From NCBI GenBank assembly GCA_024542985.1, contig JAMXCX010000001.1, positions 3,137 through 67,136 of the forward strand: a stretch of DNA of 64,000 nucleotides, given 5' to 3'. Both the position numbers and the translations under genes were made by a program. Below are positions 1 through 7,802 of the stretch, in pieces. Source of the DNA: Candidatus Omnitrophota bacterium (GTDB lineage Bacteria > Omnitrophota > Gorgyraeia > Duberdicusellales > 4484-171). The notes below the pieces were generated by a model. It did no database searches. It was not told the DNA's origin and saw nothing but the letters and a program-made list of their open reading frames with translations. The first letter of the stretch is position 1. Every line of letters starts with the position of its first letter.

Positions 1-703
1 TAGTTAAAGATGGTGGTAAATATTGGCCCAGAGTCAAAAAATCACACTCTGTCTTCCTTAAATCTCTCAAAACCCCGATAACTTCATTATCGTTTTCACC
101 TAAGCCCAACATAAGGCCTGATTTAGTAAAAATTTGCTTATTCATACCTTTGAGCAGCTTTAAAATTCCTAGAGACCTCTGATAACTGGCTCCTTTTCTT
201 ATCTGAAGATATAAAGAAGGAGTAGTTTCTAAATTATGAGAAACTACTTGGGCCCCGCAATAAGCTATTCTTTTTATTAATTCGGCTTTTCCCAAAAAAT
301 CCGGTATCAATAATTCTATAGTTATTTTAGAATTCAGGCTTTTTATCGCTTTGATTGTCCGGCAGAAAATTTCAGCCCCGCAATCGAAGAGATCGTCTCT
401 GGTAGGTGAAGTTATTACTACATAGCTTAAGCCTAACTCTTTAACAGCTCTTTTTACCCTCCCGGGCTCATCAAAGTCAGGCTTAAAAGGCTCGCCTTTC
501 TTTATACCGCAAAAATTACAACCTCGGGTACAAATGTCACCTAAAATAATAAATGTCACCACACCACAAGAAAAACATTCAGAGATATTCGGACATAAAG
601 CTTCTTCGCATACAGTATGCAGACGATAACGCCTTAGAGTGTTCTTTAGATTATGGCAAGCACTAAGTTTTACTCTCTTATTTAACCATGCGGGTTTAAT
701 CAT
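1..703 (-). CDS. lipA: Lipoyl synthase (radical SAM), 3' end runs off the window
   Basis: Not in the ORF track. Manual translation from ATG at 703 gives MIKPAWLNKRV...CEEALCPNISEC...CTRGCNFC, i.e. the LipA auxiliary-cluster CX4CX5C motif plus the radical SAM CX3CX2C motif. Confidence 0.95.
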   Translation of the reverse strand, partial: MIKPAWLNKRVKLSACHNLKNTLRRYRLHTVCEEALCPNISECFSCGVVTFIILGDICTRGCNFCGIKKGEPFKPDFDEPGRVKRAVKELGLSYVVITSPTRDDLFDCGAEIFCRTIKAIKSLNSKITIELLIPDFLGKAELIKRIAYCGAQVVSHNLETTPSLYLQIRKGASYQRSLGILKLLKGMNKQIFTKSGLMLGLGENDNEVIGVLRDLRKTECDFLTLGQYLPPSLT

Positions 704-753
704 AGAGAAAGTTACTATAAAATATTTTTACTTCGGATAAACTTATTTTAAAC

Positions 754-1083
754 TTAATCATATTCATGGGTGACAAAGGCGTTAAGTTCTCCTGTAGCTG
801 TTAGATTAACCACAACTTGCATATGATCATGCTGAACCCAGCCAGCGTCGTTATCATTTCTTTGGCGTAATCCAAAACCTGTTTGTAGTGAGGCTCCGCC
901 GGGAATTAAATCTCCGGTTCTAGCATTAAGGTCGGCATACTCAAGTCCAGTATAATAAGCTACTTGTTGGGCCCGGCGCATGAAATCTTGGTCTACTAAA
1001 AGGGCAAAATTGGGGCTAAAACTTATAAAGGCAGTAAGAAGAATCGAAACCAACATTATACTTGAAATAATTATAACTATCAT
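754..1083 (-). CDS. Small membrane-anchored protein, PilX/GspK-like minor pilin candidate
   Basis: N-terminal hydrophobic helix without Glu+5, then ...RRAQQVAYYTGLEYA, which resembles the PilX N-terminal helix. Last gene of the pilin cassette; overlaps the upstream pilin by 4 nt. Confidence 0.5.
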   Translation of the reverse strand: MIVIIISSIMLVSILLTAFISFSPNFALLVDQDFMRRAQQVAYYTGLEYADLNARTGDLIPGGASLQTGFGLRQRNDNDAGWVQHDHMQVVVNLTATGELNAFVTHEYD

Positions 1084-1736
1084 AACCTTATTTCCATATA
1101 TTTAAAAAGAATCCCTTCCATAGTTTCATAAACTTCACCGTTGGGGACTGTTCCGGTAGTATTTACAGCTGCGGTAATAAAATTCGGATCATCACCTTCA
1201 CTATACATAAACTCTGCTTCCACCGGCCTAACATTACCGGTTTCATTAACACCCGGGTCTACTAAAGTCTCATATAAATTATAAACGCCCGGTGCATTAA
1301 AAGTTCCGCCTGTAGACCTTAGCAAAACTAAAGAACCTACTGCAGCATTAGATACACAATTGACTAAATCCGCTACGCAGTATCTATACCATACTTTAGT
1401 TCCTCCGGCAGAAGTCATGGTATGATTCCGGTCATCTATAATGTAAGGGTCATCCTCACCCACAAATGCGAGATTGTCTCTAACCCATTCTCTGTTGGGA
1501 AAAGACCCCCGAAAAGGATCACCTTCCCGAAAAGGTTGATCTATATTTACTGCTCCTAGGCAGCGAAGTTTTATATCCTCTAGGGCATAATTTACCTGAC
1601 TATACATATTGTAACGGTCGGCATTCAGGCGGACACCGTTTAAAAAAAACACAACAAAAGAAGTCGTTGCCAAAAGTATAAATGCAGAAATTACAAGTAC
1701 AATAATAATCTCGATTAAAGTAAATGATTTTTTCAT
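1080..1736 (-). CDS. Type IV minor pilin/pseudopilin (PilW/GspJ-like)
   Basis: MKKS|FTLIEIIIVLVI prepilin motif with Glu+5 and a hydrophobic helix; 218 aa. Confidence 0.8.
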   Translation of the reverse strand: MKKSFTLIEIIIVLVISAFILLATTSFVVFFLNGVRLNADRYNMYSQVNYALEDIKLRCLGAVNIDQPFREGDPFRGSFPNREWVRDNLAFVGEDDPYIIDDRNHTMTSAGGTKVWYRYCVADLVNCVSNAAVGSLVLLRSTGGTFNAPGVYNLYETLVDPGVNETGNVRPVEAEFMYSEGDDPNFITAAVNTTGTVPNGEVYETMEGILFKYMEIRL

Positions 1737-1753
1737 CTTAAAAAATACTTTTT

Positions 1754-2665
1754 TTAATTAACTGGCTCTGAAGCCTGTATAATTAAATTAGCTCTCCTGA
1801 CGCGAATATCTCCAAAACCGCCCACAGACCTATTGCTCCATTCAACTCCGATTAGATATGTCTGTCCGGCTCTCATTATATTTGCAACATTAAGCCTTCC
1901 GTTAATTGAAACCTGACTCATAATCGGAGTTTCTGCAATTATAGGATACCAGGTCCAGGTATTTCTGGGAGGACGGCCGCCAGTCACATCTACAATAAAA
2001 ACCCGACTCCGAAGAGCATCTGTAACCACTAAACCAACACCACTAACAATATCAAGAGCAATATTATAGGTTATTATTACATCCTTATCCGTCAAATATC
2101 TGACTTCTTCCGCTAAAGCCCAGGGTTGAGCACCCGGGGGTAGGCTACATCTGATATCATTAACACATTCGTAAATGCCGAAAGGAGCTCGATCTCCCTG
2201 CTGGCTAATTTCAACTGAATCTATATGCAAGGAGGGGTAAGGAACAAAACCTGTAAGCCTTACTTGTTTTCTAACCGGATCACGCATTAATGTATCTTCG
2301 TCATACTCAACATTAACCTCTACTTCCTGATAGGGTATTTGTCTTGTTACGGGAGGCCCGGCACTATCTACGCTCATATTTCTTTGAGTAATTATTACAT
2401 CCCATTCTAGGAGTTTGCCATGGCTAACTGTTCTACTATCAGGATGATTTCCCTGATCAGCGTCTAAGCTACCGTAAGATAATGCTGTCCAGCGATCCAG
2501 CTCTAAGTGGGCTCGATTCATAGCTGCTGCTTTATTTTGGGCCTGCTTTAGCATAACTTTTCCGGTAACAATCACGCCGCTTAAAAAAACTACACCAATG
2601 CCGACTATAACTGAAGCAACAATTACCTCAATTAAGGTAAAGGAATTTTTTTCCTTAATTTGCAT
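1754..2665 (-). CDS. Type IV minor pilin (PilV/GspI-like) with a ~160-aa C-terminal beta-rich extension
   Basis: KEKNS|FTLIEVIVAS prepilin motif, then a PilV-like helix and sheet ending ...EVEVNVEY...VRLTGFV, then an extra domain starting PYPSL. Confidence 0.8.
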   Translation of the reverse strand: MQIKEKNSFTLIEVIVASVIVGIGVVFLSGVIVTGKVMLKQAQNKAAAMNRAHLELDRWTALSYGSLDADQGNHPDSRTVSHGKLLEWDVIITQRNMSVDSAGPPVTRQIPYQEVEVNVEYDEDTLMRDPVRKQVRLTGFVPYPSLHIDSVEISQQGDRAPFGIYECVNDIRCSLPPGAQPWALAEEVRYLTDKDVIITYNIALDIVSGVGLVVTDALRSRVFIVDVTGGRPPRNTWTWYPIIAETPIMSQVSINGRLNVANIMRAGQTYLIGVEWSNRSVGGFGDIRVRRANLIIQASEPVN

Positions 2666-2684
2666 ATACCCGTTTTTATCTTAT

Positions 2685-3428
2685 CTAATTCTGAACCGGC
2701 ATAACCGTAATAATCAGGTTACGGGCAGTATTGCCGCCTTCATCCAGAGGGCTGATTATAATCAAAGATGTATTATTTAACCACTCGATTCTAAAATCCA
2801 TTCTATTAGGAAATTCGCCCCCGAAATCTTCCGGCCTAAGATAAGCACTGCCGGTTATAGTGGGGTCACTGGGAGTGTAGACTCCTATTCCGCCTTGAAA
2901 AGGAATAGTCATAACCGCTTCGTTGCCTCTTGGCTGGCCATTAACTAATAAACGGGTAAAAACTTTCCCGCCCTTAAATTCTTCATAAGCATAGCCGCTC
3001 CATCTACCGCCTATACCCAAGGCCTGACATACGGTTGCTATAGGCAAAAATTCAGCTTTACCTACCACGCGAATTGTCCAGGTCACAAAAATACCTGTAT
3101 ATTTTTGATACTCTCTGCCTATTCCTCCTTGGCCTCTGAAATTAACGGTTGTCTCTAATATCGGCTCAAACTCAAAAGGAGCACCCAATCTACTTTGTGT
3201 TATGGGTTTTCCGCCAACCATCAAACAAGCCTCTGCACATGCCTTGGCTGAAGAAGGATATCTTGAAAAGGTAAACTCAGGGTAGACTGTTAAGCCATAG
3301 CTCACCTCTCCTTGGCCTATTTCTTGTATTACTACCGGAGCCAGAGAAGGCCTTGTGTCGGCTGCAGCCGGAGAAACAGAAACAGCAGCTAAAAAAATAA
3401 TGCTTAGAATAAAATACATAAATTTCAT
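2685..3428 (-). CDS. Secreted beta-rich protein of unknown function, paralog A
   Basis: Start moved to ATG 3428 (MKFMYFILSII...PAAA|DT, Sec signal) behind an AAGGAGGG SD; clear paralog of 3755-4525. Confidence 0.8.
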   Translation of the reverse strand: MKFMYFILSIIFLAAVSVSPAAADTRPSLAPVVIQEIGQGEVSYGLTVYPEFTFSRYPSSAKACAEACLMVGGKPITQSRLGAPFEFEPILETTVNFRGQGGIGREYQKYTGIFVTWTIRVVGKAEFLPIATVCQALGIGGRWSGYAYEEFKGGKVFTRLLVNGQPRGNEAVMTIPFQGGIGVYTPSDPTITGSAYLRPEDFGGEFPNRMDFRIEWLNNTSLIIISPLDEGGNTARNLIITVMPVQN

Positions 3429-3754
3429 TTTTTCCCTCCTTTTTTTAACCTTTAAATTTATTTGTAAAACAACTGTCATAACTGCTCTTACTAAAAAATT
3501 ATCCTCCTCCTTCATCTTTACTATAAACTAAGGATTTTTCCTTAGCCATAGTTATGAACAGGTATAGCAGTGGTAATAGCTTACCAAAGTATGAGCCTTA
3601 TCAGTTTAAACTAAGCTAATACGATTAAAATGCTTAACCTAACTATGTACAATAATATTATATCATTAAAAGGTGCAGTTCCTTAAAAAAACAGAACTAC
3701 CCTCTTGCTGAAACCAAGCTATTAATAGCAAACCTTTTTACTTAAGCCGGCCTA

Positions 3755-4525
3755 TTACTGAACCGGCATAATCGTAATAATCAGGTTCCGGCTAGTATTG
3801 CCGGTAATGCCACCTGGACCGTCCAGGGGACTGGTTATGGTCAAAGATGTATGGTTCAGCCAGGAGACTTCAAAATTCATTGTATTCGGAAACCTACCTC
3901 CCGGAAAATCTTTCGCCCTGATATAAGCGCTTCCGGTAATAGTAGGGTCACTGGGAGTATAGACCCCTATTCCGCCTTGAAAAGGAATAGTCATAATAGC
4001 AAGATTACCTTGTTGCGTACCATTAACAGTAAGCCGAGTTTCAACTTCCCCGCCTATAAATTCCTCATACACATAGCCATGCCAGTTACCAGCACCTAAT
4101 ACCTGGCATACACCCTTACGATCACCTGTCCATAAAGGCATAAACTCAGCACTACCGATTACACGTATGGTCCAAGTAATAAACATAGCTGTATTTTCTC
4201 GATACTCTGTTCCTATACCATTGACGCCAGTAAAATTAACAGTTGTGCTCAGTATCGGCTCGTAACTAAAAGGAGCACCAAAAACTGCTGCCTCAATGGG
4301 TTGACCTTCTACTGCATTACACTTATCTACACAGCGCTGTTCACCGCCAGAGTACCTGGAAAACCTATCAAAGAAAGGATAAACGGTCTTAGAATAAGTT
4401 ACTACTCCTGCTCCCATTTCCTGTATTACTAACGGGGGCAAAGAAGGTCTGGTAGCTGCTGTAGCGGTAAAAGTAAAAGATACCACCAGCAAAAGAACAC
4501 TTAAGCCAATTACAATACTTTTCAT
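3755..4525 (-). CDS. Secreted beta-rich protein of unknown function, paralog B
   Basis: Sec signal MKSIVIGLSVLLLVVSFTFTATA|A with SD GGGAGG; shares the 24-aa block MTIPFQGGIGVYTPSDPTITGSAY with paralog A. Confidence 0.85.
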   Translation of the reverse strand: MKSIVIGLSVLLLVVSFTFTATAATRPSLPPLVIQEMGAGVVTYSKTVYPFFDRFSRYSGGEQRCVDKCNAVEGQPIEAAVFGAPFSYEPILSTTVNFTGVNGIGTEYRENTAMFITWTIRVIGSAEFMPLWTGDRKGVCQVLGAGNWHGYVYEEFIGGEVETRLTVNGTQQGNLAIMTIPFQGGIGVYTPSDPTITGSAYIRAKDFPGGRFPNTMNFEVSWLNHTSLTITSPLDGPGGITGNTSRNLIITIMPVQ

Positions 4526-4578
4526 TATCCACCTCCCTTATACGTTTAAACAAATTAATTAATCTCTCTAATCTATAT

Positions 4579-6438
4579 TTACTCCCTCGTCCTGGTCACA
4601 TAAAAATGCATGTTCAGCACTTTCATGGTTAAGGTGACATTCGGAACACTAGGGATAAAATATTCTAACCGCATACGATAAGTTTTTCCCGGAGTTAATT
4701 CTCCGGCATCGATATTGGTGCCGGCAAAAATAGTAAAAGCATTGGTAAAATCCTTTTGATGAAGCATACTGGAATGTTCCTGTATAACTTCTTCTTCACC
4801 GGCAGCGTTAAATCCATAAAGCATAGCCCGTGTGAAAAAATAAGCTTGATTAGCCCCAATAAGCGGTATGTCGGGATTCTCTGAATTAACCTCCCAAAAA
4901 ATCGCAAAGGATTCCCCGCTCTTAGGCACAAATTCATAAAAAAAGTCTCCATCAATTTCGCTATAGCAAGCAGTGCAATCCCATTCAGTCGGCTCACCGG
5001 CAAGGCATGCCTCAGCCATTATTAGCAGCTGGCCGCAAAAGCCTGAATCTAAAGAGTGTGTAGCACATGTTGCATCGTCGCCACTAACAGCATTTTTACC
5101 TAAGCCTATTTCTCCGCAACAATAATGCTCTGGTTCAGGCAATTGAAAATCAGGTAAAGTTCCGATTTCATCATCCCAATCCAATACGCCCTTAAGGTCT
5201 GGATCTGACCTTTCATCGCATGACCTAGGGCTACAGTTCTCTTGGAAACTGAAACCTGTTCCGCTGCATTCCTGGGGAGTTCCATCAGGCCATGTATCAG
5301 GACAACATATATTAGCCTCACAACAACTAACTTCTTTTAAACACCTTTCTAAATCTTGGGTATAAGTTATGCACTCACCAGTATAATCCCTAAAATCGTC
5401 ATCCGGCACATATTGATAGCAAGTTGGGATCGGATCCGGCGGGTCCGGCGGGTCTGGATCCGGGTCCGGGTCTCCGCCACCGACATTATCGCAATCAAAC
5501 CAACCATCAGCAACTTTATCATCAATATCCTTTAGCTTAACGCACTTTTTATCACTGTCTTTAACAAGACAATGCTTATTGGGTTTATTGCAAGGACTAT
5601 CCGTACAGGCAAAACAGGCTGGGTCACCGGCAGGTATCATTAAAAGGCCGGCTAGCTTTTTATCTGTATTTAGAGAACTCTGCTGTTGAGGAGGGATAAA
5701 ATCTGCCGGACAACTATCACCGGTAAGAACATCAGTAGGGTCTTTGTAATAATCATCTGAGGTGCTGGCTACATCCTTAAAAAATCTTTCCCTATAGTAC
5801 CCACTCAATGTAGGACTGCCATCCGGCCTACATCCGCTAAAAACAGGAAAAATATCGGGATCAGTACAATGCCATTCACCTGTTATAGGAGGAAACCTCT
5901 CACACCTTGCATCATCATTATCACTGGTGCCTGGATTAGGGTCAGTATTAGGACAACCTCTTGGTTGAGCCCCGTCAATAGGCCCAAGTGGTGTTTGGGT
6001 AGGAGGTACAGCATTAGTATCACCGTCAAGATAACTGCAGTCATTAAATTCAGTCCAGTCACCAGGCTGCATGTCAGTCTCACTACAAGTAAAAGGCGTA
6101 CGCTCACAACCATACCTGGCATTATGGTCTGCGGTGCATTTATACTTCTTTTCATATCTACTAGCAGGGTCTTCTACCAAGCAACAATCCGGGCATTGCC
6201 CTTGCGTTGTCAAAGTTATACATCTTGAGCACTGAGCACTCATATCAAGAAGATGTTGAACATCACAAGGGACAGTACCTAGGATGACATCGCCAACTGC
6301 AACCCAAGATATCTCATCACTGCTTTCATCACGCGCAATCCGGGCAATACTTGCAGTCCTTCTGGCATAAACAAATTGGGTGATAATTGTAAAAAATAAA
6401 AGTACTAGGATTATCCTAAACCATAGTAATTTCTTCAT
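4579..6438 (-). CDS. Secreted Cys/Asp/Pro-rich protein with a C-terminal beta-sandwich; adhesin candidate
   Basis: Likely start ATG 6438 (MKKLLWFRIILVLLFF...VYA|R); about 38 Cys by manual count; GGGDPDPDPDPPDPPDP linker; Cys-free C-terminal ~125 aa. Confidence 0.8.
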   Translation of the reverse strand: MKKLLWFRIILVLLFFTIITQFVYARRTASIARIARDESSDEISWVAVGDVILGTVPCDVQHLLDMSAQCSRCITLTTQGQCPDCCLVEDPASRYEKKYKCTADHNARYGCERTPFTCSETDMQPGDWTEFNDCSYLDGDTNAVPPTQTPLGPIDGAQPRGCPNTDPNPGTSDNDDARCERFPPITGEWHCTDPDIFPVFSGCRPDGSPTLSGYYRERFFKDVASTSDDYYKDPTDVLTGDSCPADFIPPQQQSSLNTDKKLAGLLMIPAGDPACFACTDSPCNKPNKHCLVKDSDKKCVKLKDIDDKVADGWFDCDNVGGGDPDPDPDPPDPPDPIPTCYQYVPDDDFRDYTGECITYTQDLERCLKEVSCCEANICCPDTWPDGTPQECSGTGFSFQENCSPRSCDERSDPDLKGVLDWDDEIGTLPDFQLPEPEHYCCGEIGLGKNAVSGDDATCATHSLDSGFCGQLLIMAEACLAGEPTEWDCTACYSEIDGDFFYEFVPKSGESFAIFWEVNSENPDIPLIGANQAYFFTRAMLYGFNAAGEEEVIQEHSSMLHQKDFTNAFTIFAGTNIDAGELTPGKTYRMRLEYFIPSVPNVTLTMKVLNMHFYVTRTRE

Positions 6439-6469
6439 AATAATACCTTCCCCCCTCAATGTTAGCCTT

Positions 6470-6892
6470 TTACCAAAAATCACAAGTTTGGCCTATCCTA
6501 CCTCTAATTTCAGTTACAAACATCTGCTCATTAGCACAAAGACCTTCATCGTGCCGGGTAGCAGTTGCATTAAACCCTCCAGTTACGCTCGCTGTAATAG
6601 TATAATCAAAAAACTTGTCATCAATATTAATGCCTAAGTTCAGCTTAATCGATTGCTTACTGCATGGATCACAGATATAATATACACCCATATTATCCAG
6701 CTTGTGCCTCTTTTGGGCATTATAAATACTAACCAATGTTAAACTGGCGATTTTACCCTTACTCCTTTCAATAGAACCCTGATAAGAAGGCACTGCGAAG
6801 GATAGTACAATACCCATAATTACCAGCACCACCATTATCTCTAATAGAGAAAAGGTTTGCCTTTTTATTGTATTTATGGCTTTTTTTTTCAC
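6470..6892 (-). CDS. Type IV pilin, PilE-like
   Basis: GTG start with GAGGGAGG SD; KRQT|FSLLEIMVVLVIMGIVLSFAVPSY; PilE-type Y(N)AQKRH...Y and F.ATATR...C; C-terminal Cys pair. Confidence 0.9.
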   Translation of the reverse strand: MKKKAINTIKRQTFSLLEIMVVLVIMGIVLSFAVPSYQGSIERSKGKIASLTLVSIYNAQKRHKLDNMGVYYICDPCSKQSIKLNLGINIDDKFFDYTITASVTGGFNATATRHDEGLCANEQMFVTEIRGRIGQTCDFW

Positions 6893-6908
6893 GCGCCTCC
6901 CTCATTAA

Positions 6909-6937
6909 TTTATACCATATTTATATATATTATTCAA
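6909..6937 (-). promoter_or_regulatory. Predicted sigma70 promoter of the pilin cassette
   Basis: TTGAAT-17 nt-TATAAA with a TG extended -10, just upstream of the SD of the 6892 pilin. Confidence 0.55.
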
Positions 6938-6977
6938 TTTCCCGGTATCCGGATAATTATAGAAAATAAAAGCGTTT

Positions 6978-7802
6978 TCAGTTTTTTCTCCCAGCATTCC
7001 AGCTTTCCAGGCTGTATTTATCCGCGAGCAGGCGGTTAACTTGCTTTCTTTCTGCAAAATCAATACCTTTGGCTTTAATCTTGAGCCCAAAACTAAGCTT
7101 AAAGCTTCTTGCCAGTAAAGAACGTAAATAGCTAAATTTAGTTTTCTCACCCAGAACCTTATCTAAACAAGTAGTTTTTTGCTTTAGATCCTCGGTTTGC
7201 TTTATAGATTCCCGTATCATTTTAAAATTTAACCTTTGAGGTATACTGCCCTGCTGGAAAATAATATTTCTCTTCCTCCTTTGAGCATTACCGCCTATTT
7301 TTTTATCCTTTATCAGCAAATCAAAATGCTGATAACTTAAAAAGCAAAAGTTGCTGTATAGGCCTAAGGTTTTTTGAGTTAATTTTAAGCTCTTATTTTT
7401 AGAATAACTCCCCTTTATTTTATCACCGGCAAAATGAGCCTCTAAGCCCAAACAGGAATAGAAACGCTTAAGCCAAGAACAAATTATTCGGTAAGAATCT
7501 TTAACTGATTTGGGTAGACTTAAGTCTTCTAAAGAACAAACTAAACTGTAGGTAATTTCCTGGTCATGAAGGATAGCTGAACCTCCGGTGCTTCTTCTTA
7601 CAAAGGGAAGGGTATTTTTGCTGGTTAAAACATCCTGGGGTTTTTGGTTATAACCCAGAGAAATAAACGGCTGAGCCCAGCCATATATTCTTAAGGTGGG
7701 GGTGTTGTTCTGATAATAGTTTAAATGCAAGGCCTCATCAAGGGCCATATTATAATAGCCTTCGCCTTTTTTATCTAAAATCAGTCTCCAGACTTTTCCC
7801 AT
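6978..7802 (-). CDS. Lipoate-protein ligase family / GcvH octanoyltransferase (LipM-like)
   Basis: NMALDEAL, LRIYGW, VRRSTGGSAILH and KIGGNAQ motifs; adjacent to the gcv operon. Confidence 0.85.
   Translation of the reverse strand: MGKVWRLILDKKGEGYYNMALDEALHLNYYQNNTPTLRIYGWAQPFISLGYNQKPQDVLTSKNTLPFVRRSTGGSAILHDQEITYSLVCSLEDLSLPKSVKDSYRIICSWLKRFYSCLGLEAHFAGDKIKGSYSKNKSLKLTQKTLGLYSNFCFLSYQHFDLLIKDKKIGGNAQRRKRNIIFQQGSIPQRLNFKMIRESIKQTEDLKQKTTCLDKVLGEKTKFSYLRSLLARSFKLSFGLKIKAKGIDFAERKQVNRLLADKYSLESWNAGRKN

Noticed and set aside
2685-4000. Near-identical 3' regions of paralogs A and B as a DGR template/variable repeat pair
   Set aside because: Mismatches inspected are mostly synonymous and not adenine-specific, both copies are intact genes, and no reverse transcriptase is in the window.
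4579-6438. Multiheme cytochrome or Fe-S protein interpretation of the Cys-rich ORF
   Set aside because: CxxC motifs are never followed by His, no ferredoxin-type spacing is evident, and the protein has a Sec-type signal.
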